From assembly GCA_014905635.1 (NCBI GenBank), contig JABVCE010000027.1:124001-188000 (forward strand): a stretch of DNA of 64,000 bases. Reading direction: 5' to 3'. Both the position numbers and the translations under genes were made by a program. The stretch's first letter is position 1, and every line of letters begins with the position of its first letter. The notes beneath the pieces were generated by a model. The model searched no databases, had not been told where the DNA came from, and worked only from the letters and a program-made list of their open reading frames with translations. This DNA is from Scenedesmus sp. PABB004. Lineage: Eukaryota. Shown here one piece after another: positions 13,101 through 25,138 of this stretch.

Positions 13101-14738
13101 GGCGCGGCGGGAGCGGCGGCGGCGCGCGCGGGCAGCGGAGGGAGGGGAGGGGAGCGAAGGGTGGGTCGGCGGCCGAGCCGGCGGCGGCGCGGCGTGCCAG
13201 GGCGCGGGCGCGCGCGCGCCGGGCCCGCACCTTGCAGTCGGCGAACGACACGGCCACGCCGGAGCCGGACCAGGGCAGCGTCGGCACGCCCGCCGCCTGC
13301 GCCAGGATGGTGGACCCGATCTGCGGCGGCGGCGGCGGCGCGGCGGCGGGGTCGGCGCGGAGCCCCTGCGGCCGCGCGCCCCCGCTGACCGCTGCCGCTG
13401 GCGGCTGCTCCCGCCCCCGCTGCTGGGTGCTCCACTCGCTGCTGCTCGCTGCGGCCGCCGCCGCTCGCTGCGCTGCCGCTCCCGCCACCCGCCCCGCTGC
13501 CCCCGCGGCGCCGCACCTTGTCGCCGAGCGCCGCCATGGCCGCCGCGGGCGGGCCCAGGAAGCGGATGCCCTTGGCCTTGAGCGCGTCGGGCAGCTCCGG
13601 GTTCTCAGACGCGTGGCCCCTGCGCCGCCGCCGCAGGGCTTTGTCAGCGCGCGCCCGCGCGCCCGCGCGCCAGGCTGGCGCCCGCCCGCGGCGCAGCCCG
13701 CGGCGCAGCCCCCCCCCCCCCAGCAACAAGCGACAACAAGCAGCGAGCGCGGCGGGCGCACCAGCCGGGCCAGACCGCGTCGACGCCCGCGCGCTCCGCG
13801 ACCTGCACGATGAGCTTCACGTTGGCGTAGTTGTTGTTGTTGGTGCCGCCCGGGACCTCCACAAACTGGTCCGCCTGCGCGCCGCGCCGCGCCGCGCCGC
13901 GCGCACGGGGAGGGAGCGGGGCAGGGGCGGGGAGGGGCTCAGGGCCGCGCGCCCTGGGCTCTCCCGCCACGCCAGCCCCTGGCGGCCGCGGCGCGGCGGC
14001 GGCGGCGCGGCGCGGGGCGCGCGCGCCTGCGTGACGTGCTCGGCGTTGATGCGGATGTCCTCGGGCGTGGCCATCGCGACCATCGCGACCGCGCGCGCGT
14101 GCCCAAACGTCTGCACCGCCCAGCTGCGCACGCTGCGCATGAACTTGACCGCCGCGAGGCCGTTGTTGGCGACGAGCACGCTGCGGCGCGGCGCGGCGCG
14201 GCGGCGGCGTGGGCGCGGCGCGGGAGCGCCGCGCCGCGGCGCCCGCGGGCGCGGCGGCCGTCCTGCGAGCCCGCGCGGCGCGGCCGGCGCCCCGCGCGCC
14301 GCCGCGCGTGCGCCGCGCCCGCCCCGGCCCCGGCGCGGCGGCGCACCTGTGGATGGGCTTGTCGCCGCCCAGCTCCGCGACGTACGAGTCAATCAGCTTG
14401 GCCAGGCTCGGCGGGCGCTTGGGCAGGCCCATGCGCATGGGGTTGGTCGGCGCGCTGCGGGGGCAACCGCCGCCGGCGGCGCGCAGCAGCGGGCGGCGGC
14501 GCTCGGCGGGGCGCCGGCGCGCGCGCCGGCCGGCGGGCGGCCCGCGGCGGCGCCGGTGCGTGGCGGGGCGTCCGGGGCACGCCCTGGGCCGGCTCCCGCG
14601 CCCGCACCTGGCCATGTCGGTGAAGGAGAGCGTCCTGGAGTGGAAGCCGCACTTGGTGGCCGACGGCGCGTCGCCGTTCTCATACTCCGCGCCGTTGCCA
14701 TTGCCGTTGGCCACCGGGCTGGCGTGCTCGGCCGGCAT
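173..14738 (-). CDS. ACC1: Homomeric (eukaryotic, probably cytosolic) acetyl-CoA carboxylase, about 37 introns
   Basis: Exons in order: BC domain ([76 protein letters not shown]), biotin carrier (AEVEVMK|MIMPQL), central domain, CT domain ([65 protein letters not shown]). ATG 14738 (MPAEHASP...), TAA 173-175. Confidence 0.97.
6395..6438. repeat. 13-bp tandem repeat (CATGCTCTCCATC) x3.4 in an ACC intron
   Basis: Three perfect units plus CATGC, adjacent to the donor at about 6444. Confidence 0.9.
10129..10166. repeat. (ACGC)n microsatellite in an ACC intron
   Basis: Direct reading. Confidence 0.9.
11487..11598 (-). ncRNA. Intronic hairpin, candidate pre-miRNA (copy A, ACC intron 11364-11665)
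   Basis: 11487-11524 vs reverse complement of 11561-11598 match at 34/38; contains 47-nt block 11496-11542 identical to 43896-43942. Confidence 0.5.
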
Positions 14739-15536
14739 GGCGCCGGACGCGCGCCGCGCGCGCAGCTCCTGCGGGCTGCGATGCCCCGCCTCCTCGCCGC
14801 AGCGCCGCTGGCCTGCCGGGCGGGCGACGTGGGGCAAGCCCAGGTCAGGCTCGCGCCGTCGCCGAGTCAATGGCTGCCCCAGCGCCCCGCCCGCGCCGCG
14901 GCGTGCCCAAAGAGGTGGTTGCTGCCCCGCGGCAGCTCGCCCGCGCGCGAGAGCTCACGTGTCGCGCTCCCAGCTCCTAGGCCGCTCCCTCCAGCGCCCG
15001 CGCCGCAGCGCGCGCGCGCTGCCTGCCAGTAACTCCCGGCGCTCAACGCCGCGGCTCCCGGGGCGCGTCGCTGGTGGTGCGTTGCGGCGCTGGACGCGCC
15101 GGAGCTGCCCGGTGTGGTCGGCGCGAGCGTGCGGGCAGCGGGTGCGGTCGGGGCTCAGCAAGGTTGCGGTCACGTCGCGGGTTGGAGACGTTGACGGCGC
15201 GCCGGCGCGTCCCCGGCCACGCCCGCGACGCTGCCACGGCCGCACGCACGGCAACGCGCACAACGACGCGCGCGGGGCCGAGCGCGGCGGCCGGTTGACC
15301 GCGCCGCGCGGCAGCCGCCGGCGGCTGCCTTTGCTCAGCGCACACTCTCACACAGAGAGCGCCCCGCGCACGCCAGGGCGCCACCCAGGCCGCCAATGCG
15401 GCGGCGCGCAACTGCCGCCGCGCCGCCGCCGATCACCGCGCACGCGCGGCCCGCGCTCTGCCCCTCTCGCCCCCCGCGCGCGCCGCCGCCGCCCCCGCGC
15501 GCCGCCGCCGCCGCGCCAGTCAATCAATCGCAATCG

Positions 15537-16571
15537 CTACTGCGCCTTCTTGGCCGCCGCGAGCTCCGCGGGGTCCATGTACGTCCCCAGCAGCCGGTCC
15601 CAGTGCGTGAAGAAGGGCTGGCTGTAGTTGCGACGAAAGCCGCGCGGGTCGTGGTGCACGTCGTGGTACGCCGCGCTGTTGGGCAGCAGGTTGTGGAACA
15701 GGTTGACCGGGAACGTGTAGCCGCTGTGGTCGAGCACGGTCTTGACGGTGCTGAAGGTGAAGAACCACATGCTGCCGACGCAGGAGATGCCGCTCGCATA
15801 AAACGTGACGACGCCGCCGAGCGTGTCGAGCAGCAGCGCCTCGGCGGGGTGGTTGTACAGCGCGCCGTGCGCGTAGCACACGACCAGCCGGTGGTGGTGG
15901 CTGTGCACCGCGTTGTACAGCGCCTTGCTCTCGTGCATCGCGCGGTGGATGAGGTACTGTGGCGATCGACGATTGCATGATGGCGGCGGGGGGCGGCGGC
16001 GGCAGGGCGGGGCGCGTGGGCGCGCCGCGGCGCCGCGGCGCACGCGCGCCCCGCCCGCCTGCCGCACGCGCGCCCCGCCCGCCGGGCTGCGTGTCGGGCC
16101 GCCGCGGCCGCCACCGGCCCGCCGAGCCCCGCCCGCCGCGGGCGCGCCGCGGCCGCGCGCGCGCGTGCGCCGCACCTGCCACGCGTCGAGCACGAGCATT
16201 GCGAGCACCCACTCCGGCACCGCGCGCGCCCAGCCCGTCCAGGGCTTGGCGTCGCAGAAGCCCGGGTCTGCCAGCGTCATCACCGCGCCGACGGCGACCT
16301 GGATGCCGTGCTGCAGCAGCACGCGCGCCGCGACGTGGCCGCGCGAGACGGTGTTGCGCGCCGCCGCCTCCTTGGCGCTGTGCAGGCGGCAGCGCTCGAC
16401 CGCGGGGATCTGGAGCCGGTCCAGGGTGTCGAAGAAGCCCGCGACGGCCCAGTAGAAGACCACGGGCAGCAGCGACACCCAGAGCTCGGTCGAGCGCAGC
16501 GTGAGCCGCTCCGCCGCGACGCCGCGCACGTGCGCCGCCAGCGCCGACGCGGCGCCGGCCAGGGCCTCCAT
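15537..16571 (-). CDS. SBH: Sphinganine C4-hydroxylase-like, fatty acid hydroxylase superfamily (1 intron)
   Basis: LDAWQ|YLIHRAMH, HSHHH, ALYNHPAE, KTVLDHSGY, YHDVHH, NYSQPFFTHWDRLLGTY histidine boxes typical of SUR2/SBH. Confidence 0.9.
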   Translation of the reverse strand: MEALAGAASALAAHVRGVAAERLTLRSTELWVSLLPVVFYWAVAGFFDTLDRLQIPAVERCRLHSAKEAAARNTVSRGHVAARVLLQHGIQVAVGAVMTLADPGFCDAKPWTGWARAVPEWVLAMLVLDAWQVRRTRARGRGAPAAGGARRAGGGRGGPTRSPAGGARVRQAGGARVRRGAAARPRAPPCRRRPPPPSCNRRSPQYLIHRAMHESKALYNAVHSHHHRLVVCYAHGALYNHPAEALLLDTLGGVVTFYASGISCVGSMWFFTFSTVKTVLDHSGYTFPVNLFHNLLPNSAAYHDVHHDPRGFRRNYSQPFFTHWDRLLGTYMDPAELAAAKKAQ

Positions 16572-17940
16572 GGCCGCCCGGGCCGCGCCTCAGCCGGGCC
16601 TGCGGGGCGGGGCGGGGCCTGGGCGCCGGCGCAGACGCGTGGCCGCGACTGCTGCCGCACCCCAACCAACCCGCGCCCCCCGGCCGCCCCGCCGGTCGTG
16701 CGGACGCGCACCTGGCGCCGCTGTCGGTGGCGCCGCCCTGCACCGCCTGGCGCCCGCCTGGCGCGCCGCTCCGGGGCGGGGGCGCGATGGCTCGCTGCGT
16801 GCCCGTCGCCACGCGCCGTGTTTCGAGGGGCAGCGGCGCTGGTGCGGGGGCTGGTGTGGCGCGCCATCGCCGGGCAGCGGCGCAAGGCTCGGGGAGCCCC
16901 AGCGCCGCGGCGGCGCAGGCGTCAGGGCGCCGCGGCGGGCGAGCGGGCGGCGCGGGGCGGCGGCGGCGCACCAGGCTGCTCGCGGGTGTTACGCTACTCT
17001 CGGGGGACCGCCTCACTCGGCAGGGGACGCCACCGCCGCACCCGGCAGTGGGCGCCGCCGCGCGAGCGCGCCGCGGCCGCCCACTCCCGCGCCGGGCGCA
17101 CGCCGCGCTCGGGGCCCCGCTCCAGCTCACAGAATAAATGGTGGCCTGGCCTGGGCCGGCAGCCCTCACGCGCCGCGAGGCCTCGGCGGCGGCGGGGCTG
17201 GCTGCAAGCCCCGCCGGCCGGGCGCCGTGTGCAGGAGCGTGTGCGTCAGGGCGGGTGCAGTGTGCGTATGTGTGCGTGCACCGCCGCCGTCTAAGCGCGA
17301 GCAAAAGAAAGAAAGGAGGGGTGCCATCGTTTCCGCCGACGCGCGCGCCACGCTGGCGCGCGCAGGGGCGCTCTCGTTTGGGGCGCGCGCACGCGGCCCG
17401 CACGACCAGCCACGGCGCGCGCCGCCGCCCCCTGGCCCGCCGCCGCTGGTTGACGCCGCCGCTCCTGCATTGCGAGACAAACCAGTGCGCGCCTCCCTCC
17501 TGCGTGGCATGCTCTGAGGCATGGCCGGTTGATGATGGCCGAATCCCCCCGCTCGTCGCCGCCAAAACTCGCCCCCCGCGTGCAGCCGCCCCGCAGAGAG
17601 GGGCGCCCGCGGAGGGGGACATGCTGCGTGGGCGTCCGCGCCAGGCACCATCACTGGACGGTGCGCCGGCGGGCGCGGCCCCAGCTTGTGCAGCTGCGGG
17701 GTGCGGCGGTGCCGAGACACAGTGCTTTGCGCTGCGCTGCATGTGCAGAGCGCGCGGGCCCGGGCAGCCGTGCCGGCGCGCGCGCCCGCGGCCGCCACAG
17801 GGCGCCCGCGGGGCGCCGCGCCGGCCAGGGCGGCGCTCCCCGCGTGTCGCAGCGGGGGGGGGGGGGGGGGCAGGCGCGCTCGCTCGCGTGTCTTGGCGCG
17901 CTCGCGTCGCGTGACGTCGACGAATCATCGTTTTTGGCTC

Positions 17941-19898
17941 TCACAGCACGTGGCTGACGTTGTTAATGTTGACCTGGTCAACCTCCTCGTCGCCGCAGGC
18001 CGGCGGCGCGTGGGGCTGCAGCGGCGCGCCGCCGCCGCACGGCGCGCCGCCCGCCTGCTGGTCGCCCAGCAGCGCCACGAGCTGCCGCAGCTCCTCTGGG
18101 CCCCACTGCCGCTGCGGCTGCGCGCCGTCGGCCGGCGGGAAGGCCCCGGCGGCGGCCCCAAACGCAGGGGAGCCGGCGCAGGGCCCCGCAGCCCAGCAGT
18201 GGCCCGGCTGGCCGCCGGGCGCGGAGGCGGAGAGCTGCGCCGGCGGGGCCCTGCCGGGCTCGGGCGCGACCGGCACAAAGCGCGGCAGCGCCGACCCCGA
18301 CGGCTGCAGCTGCGCGATCGGCAGCTGCCGGAAGCCGGGCGCCAGCTGCGCCGCCAGCGACGGCAGCGGCAGCGCGTGCTGCTGCGGCGGCGGCGGCGGC
18401 GGCGGCGCGAGCTGCGGCGCGCCGGCGCCGGCCGCCGCCCACGGCGGCGGCGAGCGCCGCCCGCCCGCCAGCTGCGCGGCGGCGCCCTGGGGCGTGGGGG
18501 TGCAGAGGTACTGGTACAGGGCGTTGAGGCCGCCCGGGCCCTCGCCGGGGCTGGCCAGCGCGGCCATGGCCTCGTCGTGCGCGGCCTGGCGGCTGGTGGA
18601 GAGCTGGCTGTCCTGCTCCATCGCCCCGAGCGGCAGCGGCCCGTCCGCGTCGCCGGGCAGCTGCAGCGCGGGCGGCGGCAGCGCGGCCTGTGCAGGCGGC
18701 GCGCGGCGGGCGTGCTCAGCGGGCGCGCTCAGCGGCGCCGGCGCGCGCGCGCATGCGGGGCTCGGGGGCCGTCCTGCTGCGGCCGCCACGGCCGCTCACC
18801 CTCAGCAGCGCGTAGCCGGCGGCGGCGCGCTGCTGGCTGTACGGCACCTCCAGCGCCGTCGCGCCGTGCTGCCCGTTGTTGAGCGCGTGGTGCTCTGCGG
18901 AGCGGCGGTGGCGCCGACCGCAGCGTGAGCGGCGGGGGCGGGGCGCGGGCGCGGGCGCGGGCGCGGCCGGGGCGCGGGCGCGGCGCGCGGCGCGCGCTCC
19001 CACCTGCTGACGTCTGGTGCAGCAGCTGGCACGGCCGCGGCGGCATGGCCAGCTGCACCTGCTCCGGCGGCGCCGCGAAGCCCGCCGGTGGCTGCAGCCA
19101 CGCGCCGGGCGGCGCCTGCTGCTGCAGCAGGCCCGCCGCGGCGGCCGCGGCCGCGCCGCGGAGGCGGGGCTGGTCCTTGGCGATGGCGCGCCGCGCGCCG
19201 AGCAGGTCGTTGGCGGCGCGGCCGGCGTACGGCGGGCGCTCGGGGCTGCTGCTGCCGCCGTCGTCCTCGCCGTGCCGCCGCTTCGTGAGCGCCGCCCAGC
19301 GGTTCTTCACCGCGTTGTCGGTGCGGCCACCGATCTCCTGCGCGATGGCGGTCCACTTGTTGCCGTGGCGGCGGTGGCCGTCCAGCAGCGCCGCGTCCTC
19401 CTGCGCGGCCGCGTGGGCGTGGGCGCTGGTGCGCGTGGGACTGGGCGCAGCGGGCGTCGCCGCAGCGGGCCGTCGCGCCGCGCGCGCGCGCGCGCAGCAG
19501 CAGCGCCGCGCGCCGCGCGCCGCACGGCGGTCACCTCGGCGGTCCAGATGCCCTGCTTGCGCTCGTCGATGGCGATGAAGTTCTTCCAGCGCCGCCGGCA
19601 CTGCGTGGGCGGCGTCGCGGGGGCGGGCGTGGGCGGGCGGGGCGGCGCGGAGCTGCAATCTCGGCCTACTGCTGGGGTAACGCGCCCCACCTGCTTGCTG
19701 CCCTTGGTGCCCAGCTCGACCGCGATTTGGGCCCACTTCTTGGGGCCGTGCTTGGCCACGAGGACGTTGAGCACCGCATCCTCCTGCGCGGCGCGCCCGG
19801 TCGCCGTCAATGCCCGGTCGCGCCGTGGCAACCCGCGCCGCAGCCCCCCCGGGCGGCGCCGCCCCCACCTCGGGGCTCCACAGGCTGCTGACGGGCAT
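17941..19898 (-). CDS. R2R3-MYB transcription factor (FLP/MYB88-like repeats), about 5 introns
   Basis: Spliced repeats WSPE|EDAVLNVLVAKHGPKKWAQIA...KQ|CRRRWKNF...GIWTAE|EDAALL...HGNKWTAIAQEIGGRTDNAVKNRW; low-complexity P/Q/A C-terminus. C-terminal exons less certain. Confidence 0.88.
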
Positions 19899-20584
19899 TT
19901 TAACGGGCCGCCAGCGCCCTGCGCGCCGAGACAGCTCCGGGGCGGGCCTCGCCGACGCGGCCGCGGGGCCTGCTGCGACTGCTGCGCCTGCCGCGGGCGC
20001 GCGGCTCGGGGGACGGGCGCCGACAGCCCCCGGCGGGTGGCGGGCGCCTCCGAGCTGGCCGCGAGCGACAGGAAAGGACGGGGCACAATCAAGACCGCGC
20101 GCGCGTGGGCGTGCTGCGTCGCGCTGGGCGTGGCGAGGTTCTCGGGAGACTAGCGTCGAGCTCTGGGGACCGACGCCGAGGTGCGCCGGGGTGGGGCGGG
20201 CCGCGTGCCGGGAGCCTGGCAGTCGCGCGCCAGCTCTTTGAGCCCTGGCACCGGCTTGCTTAGGCGCGCGGGCCCGGGCCGCCGGCTGCGGTGTCGTGGC
20301 GATGTTACCAGCGCGTGTGCGCCCCGGCGCGGGCGGCCGGGAACTGGCGGCGAGTTGCCTGGGCGCGCGCATGCGCGGCTGGCGCGGTACGCGCCTTACC
20401 GCCGCGCCCGGCGCACCAACGGCCCGCGCGCAAGGCGCACCGTCCCCACGCGCGCAATGCCAAGCACACGCGCGCTCCGACGGGCCGGGGCGGCGCGCAC
20501 GCCGCCGCCGCCGCTGCTGCTGCTGCGTCACCCGCGCGGGTGACGCCGCTCTTTTTTTGCCCCAGCTCTCGCTCCACCGCGCGC

Positions 20585-21934
20585 TCAGCGCCGCTTGCCC
20601 AGCAGCTCCACCTGCGGAGCCACGGCGCGCGTGCGCGGGCGCTCTCGGCGGCGGCGCCGGGCGCGTTGCCTCCTCTCGCGCTGCGCGCTGCGCTGGCAGG
20701 CACGGCCGCCCACCTCGAACAGCAGCACAGCGTTGGGCGGGATGACGCCGCCAGCGCCGCGCGCGCCGTAGCCGAGCTCTGGAGGGCGGGGCGGGGCGGC
20801 GTGAGCCGTGGCAAGCGCGTGAGCCGCGGCGAGCGCGCAGCGGGGGCCCCCGGCGGCGCCCGCTGCGGCGGCGGCGGCGGCGGCGCACCCGCGGGGATGA
20901 GCAGCAGGCGCTTGCCGCCCTCGCGCATCGCCGGCAGGTCCTCCGCGCCCGCGATGCCCAGGTCCCAGCCCTGGATGACCTCACGCACGCCAACCTGCGC
21001 AGAGAGGGGCGGCGGCGCGGCGCGGCGTGGCGGGGCGGGGCGGCCGGCGCGCGGGGCGCGGGCGCGTGGCCGCCGCCCCTCGCCCGCGCCGCGCGGGTGC
21101 CGCCGCCGGCCCTCGCCCCTCAGCGCGCACCTTGAAGTTGAGCGGCCGGCCCCGCTCGTAACTCGAGTCAAACACGGCGCCGTTGGACGCGAGGCGCCCC
21201 GTGTAGTGGCAGCTGCGCGCACGCGCGCGCGCCGCGCGCAGCGAGGGCGGCGCGTGGGCGGGCGGGCCGGCCGGCGGCGCGGGGCGGGAGCGCGCGCGCG
21301 GGGCGGGGGTCGCACCGGATGAGCTGGCCCTTTGCCGGCGCGGGGCCGTCGCCGACGCGCAGGTCGCAGTACTGCAGCCCGCTCGCCGTGCTCACCTGCG
21401 CGCGGCGGGCGTCGCGGCGGCGGTCACCAGCGCGCGGGGCGGCAGCGCGCAGCCGCGCGCGCGCGGCCGGCGGCTGCAGCGCCGGCCGGCTCACCAGGTC
21501 GCACGCCGGCGCGGCCGCCGCGCCCGCGGCCGCCGGCGCCGCCAGCGCGACGGCCGCCGCGAGCAGGCCCGGGCCGGCGGCCAGCACGGCGCGCCGCCCG
21601 GCGGTTTCGGCCGCGGGCGCACCCGGCTGCAGCTCCGCCGCCGCGCGCACCGCGCAGCGCCGCCGCAGCGGCGGGCACGTGCGCGTCTGGAAGGGCCGCG
21701 TGGCCGTCTGCGGGCGGGCGCGGGGCGCGGTAGCTCGGCCGCGCCGTCGCGCGGCGCCGCGCCGTCGCGCGGCGCCGCGCCGCTGCTGCCGCGCCGCCGC
21801 TCGCCGCCGCTCACCGCCGCGGGCGCCAGCGCGCGGCCTCCTGCCGGGCGTAGGGCGGGCGCTGCGTGTCACGACCAATGCGCCAGGCAGCGCGCGCTCT
21901 GCTGCGCCGCCGCACCCGAGAGCGAGAGCCTCAT
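20585..21934 (-). CDS. Thylakoid-lumen FKBP-type peptidyl-prolyl isomerase (FKBP13/16-like)
   Basis: Transit peptide plus twin-Arg RRAVL signal; SGLQYCDLRVGDG, HYTGRL, FDSSYERGRPLNFK|VGVREVIQGWDLGI, GGKRLLLIP, GVIPPNAVLLFE|VELLGKRR*. Confidence 0.92.
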
Positions 21935-23019
21935 GCTGCTGCTCGACGCGGCGTGTGCTCGGAGAGGTGGAGCTGCGGCCGGCGGGCGCGCTTGCGGGGC
22001 GGGCGCTGTGTGTGGGGCACCGGCTGAGCTGCGCGGGACTGACTGACGACGACGACAGCCGGCGGGACGACGATCGCGACGACCGGGCCGCGCCTGCCGT
22101 CGGCAGCGACGTCGCAAAGTGATTTTCACCGCCGAGGCTTCCCGAGCCGGCTTTGGGGAGAGAGAGTGTTGGGAGAGTTTGTTTGGGACCCTAGGCGGTA
22201 CAGAGACGCCTGCTGTTGGTGACCCCCCGCCCGTCCCAACCCTGCGCGCGCCAAGCGCGTGGCGACGCGCCGCGAATGCTGCTGGAAAATGCATACATAT
22301 GCAGTACAACGGCGCCCGGTGAGGGGCGCGGCGGGGGCTAGCTATACAGCGCGCGCGCGCGCGCGGCGCAGCGCCCCCGGCGCCCGGGGCGAGAGGCGGC
22401 CCGCGGCGCGCAGCCCGCCGCCGGTGCGGGGCCCCGGGGGCGGCGCTGGCGCTCAAACAACAGCAACCGCCGTCGCGCCCGGCAAGTAGAATGGGTGAGG
22501 CTGTGGCTGGCCAGGGGCGGTGTGGTGCCCAACCAGCCGGCCGGCCAGGCCCCTCCGCAGCTCACGCACGCGCGCGACACGCGGCCCACCGCCACCACCG
22601 AGCCGGGCGGGCGGGCCGGGGACCGCGCGCCAGGCGGGCCCGGCGCGCGCCCGCCGCGGCACCTCACGCGGTTCACAGTGGGGCGGCGCAATCAGGCGGC
22701 GCGCGGGGCGGCGCGCGCCCGCGGACGGCGGCACGCGGTCGTCGTCGCGTCGCCGCGCGGGCGTGGATTCGAGCGTCAAAATGCAGCACACTCGCAAGTC
22801 GGTCGGTTTGGCGGGGCAGCTCGGCGCGCTCCGCGACGGCGCGGCGCGCGGCCGGCCGCGCAAAAAAGTGCGACGCCGGCGGGCCGCCACGTTGCGATGC
22901 AATTCCTTTCTTCCGGCGCGGGCACCCCCCACGGCTACTCTACACGCCCCCCCCCCCCCCCCGGCGCGCGCATCGCGGCAGCAGCAGCGTCAAGCGTCAA
23001 CCAGCCCCGGCGCGGCGCG

Positions 23020-23068
23020 GCGCGCTACCGCACGGCGCGCTACCGCACGGCGCGCTACCGCACGGCGC
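23020..23068. repeat. 15-bp tandem repeat (GCGCGCTACCGCACG) x3 containing the CTD phosphatase stop codon
   Basis: CTA at 23025, 23040 and 23055, i.e. TAG on the minus strand, all in frame. Confidence 0.9.
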
Positions 23069-24557
23069 AGCAGGCGTTCAGCTGCGCCTGCTGCGCCTGC
23101 GCGAACGCGGCGGCCGCCGCCGCCTGCTGCGCCGCCTCCTGCGTCGCAAAGTTGGGCCCTAGGTACGGCCGCACGTCGTCCACGCTCTCCACCTGCGCGC
23201 GCGGCGCGGCGCGGCGCGGCGGCGCGTGAGGCCGGCCCTGTCTGCCCGGCCCTGTCTGCGCCGCGCGCCGGCGCCCTGCGCCAAGCGTCAGCACCCGGGC
23301 GCCCGCGGCCCCCCGCGCGGCCGCGCGTGCGCACCTGCAGCAGCTGCGGCAGCAGCTCCAGCAGCTCCTGGTCCTCCATGTCGTCGATGAAGGTGCCGAT
23401 CGGCACCGCGTTGGCGGGCTGGAAGATGTAGCTGTGCGGGCTGCGCGCGCGCGTGGGGGCGGGGCCGCCGCCGCCGCGTCAGCGGCCCGCCGCGCACGCT
23501 CGCACGTGCCGCTGCGCCGCCGCCGCGCTCCGCCGCGCTGCCCCCCTCCCCGCGCGCGTGCACATCTGACAGCGCCGCCGCCGCCGCGAACAACCGCTGC
23601 GGACAACCGCGCCGCGCCGCGCGCCTGTTGTCGACGATGATGGTGCTGCACAGGTCGCGGCCGAGGCAGTTGAGGTCCTTCACGTAGTTGCCCTCGTAGG
23701 GCACGCAGCTCTCGCGGAAGAGGCGCCAGCGCACGAGGCCGCCCTTGTCCATGAGGTCGAGCAGCGGGTCCGCGTACTTGGCGAGCGACGCGGTGAACAC
23801 GACGACCTCGAAGCGCGGCCCAACCTGCGCGGCGGCGCGGCGGCGCGCGGCGGGCGCGGTGGGCGCGGCGCGCGCCGGCCGCCGCTGCTGCGCCTGGCGC
23901 TGCTGCTGGCGCTGCTGCTGCTGGCGCTGCTGCCGCTCGCGCGCCCGCGGCGGCCCGCGGCGGCCTGCCCCTGCCCGGCGGCCGCCCCCCGCCGCCGTGG
24001 CGCGCGCGGGCGGCGCGCACCGTGGCCATGAAGTGGTCGAGCCAGGGGCGCTTGAGCACGTACACGTCGACGAGGCGGCCGTCGATCTCGACGGGGATGA
24101 TGTAGTCGGGGTTGGGGATGGGCTTGAAGCTGGAGTGCACCAGCGTCTCGTCCAGGTCGAGCACGAGCGTCTTCTTGAGCGAGTCCTCGGCCCGCTTGGC
24201 CCCAATCACCGCCTCGCGGTACACCCGGGGCGGCTGGGGCGGCAGCGCGGCGTACGGGTTGCCGCCGCCGAGCGAGAGGTCGCCCTTGAAGCCGCCCGGG
24301 CCGGCGGGCGCGAAGCAGCAGAGCAGGTTGCGAACGCGGTGGCGCCAGGAGCCGGGGCGCTCGCCCTCGCGCTCCCGGGCCTCGCCGCCGGGCGCCCACT
24401 TGGGCGGCGCGGAGACCTGGGTGATCACGCTGCTCACGTCCAGCTCCACCGCCGCGTCGTCGCCGTCCGCGTCGGGCGCGACGTCGGGCGCCTCCCGCGC
24501 CTTGGCCAGGCCGCCGGACAGGCCGCCCGGCGGGCTGGGCGTGGGCGCCGCCGGCAT
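23055..24557 (-). CDS. CTD small phosphatase-like (FCP1/SCP, NIF domain), 3 introns
   Basis: [83 protein letters not shown]-terminal LLCCF motif. Confidence 0.95.
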   Translation of the reverse strand: MPAAPTPSPPGGLSGGLAKAREAPDVAPDADGDDAAVELDVSSVITQVSAPPKWAPGGEAREREGERPGSWRHRVRNLLCCFAPAGPGGFKGDLSLGGGNPYAALPPQPPRVYREAVIGAKRAEDSLKKTLVLDLDETLVHSSFKPIPNPDYIIPVEIDGRLVDVYVLKRPWLDHFMATVRAARARHGGGGRPPGRGRPPRAAAGARAAAAPAAAAPAAAPGAAAAAGARRAHRARRAPPRRRAGWAALRGRRVHRVARQVRGPAARPHGQGRPRALAPLPRELRALRGQLREGPQLPRPRPVQHHHRRQQARGAARLSAAVVRGGGGAVRCARARGGGQRGGARRRRSGTCERARRAADAAAAAPPPRARAARTATSSSPPTRCRSAPSSTTWRTRSCWSCCRSCCRCARAAARGAAGARVLTLGAGRRRAAQTGPGRQGRPHAPPRRAAPRAQVESVDDVRPYLGPNFATQEAAQQAAAAAAFAQAQQAQLNACCAVR

Positions 24558-25138
24558 GGTGTCGGGGGGCGGCGCGGGCGACTAGAAGGCGCGGCAGCGG
24601 CCCGGGGCGGCCGCGAGAGCCATCGCGCCCCGCGCGGGCGAGCGGCGGGGTCGCGCGAGTCGCTGAGCCTGCGACGACGATCGGGAGGGTGCCGGGCGGG
24701 CGCGAGGCGGGCGGAGCGGGCCACAGGCGCAGCGGCAGGGGGCGGCGAGTACCGAGCACGGCGCGGCGCGGCAGGGAGCGTGCTGAGTTGGTGCTGCGGC
24801 GCGGAGGTGATGGGTTGTGCGGCTCTGCGTGTGAAACAGCGGCGCGGGCGCGCAGGCTGCGGGCGACCGCTGCGCAGCGGGCGATATGACAATCTGCCGA
24901 GTGTGCCCGCAGCAGCCCGGCGCCCCTGGAGGCCCCGCCCCCGCCACACCGCCACCAGACCACCACGCCCTCGTCCCCCACATTGCCCGCACCAGGAATT
25001 GGGCCCCGGCGCCGCACCCCGGCCCCGACCCGAGCCTCCCCGCGCCGCAGCGCCCCCCTCGGCGGCGCTCCCGGCTCCAGGGCCACCGGACAGCGCGGCG
25101 GAGCAGCCGCAGCTGCGGCGGCGGCGGCAGCAGGCAGC

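Noticed and set aside
173..16571. Lipid gene cluster (ACC next to sphingoid-base hydroxylase)
   Set aside because: Only two genes, neighbours are unrelated, and no shared motif was seen; adjacency alone is not evidence.
15520..17928. 802-aa minus-strand ORF overlapping the hydroxylase
   Set aside because: Low-complexity, no motifs, spans intergenic DNA and an intron.
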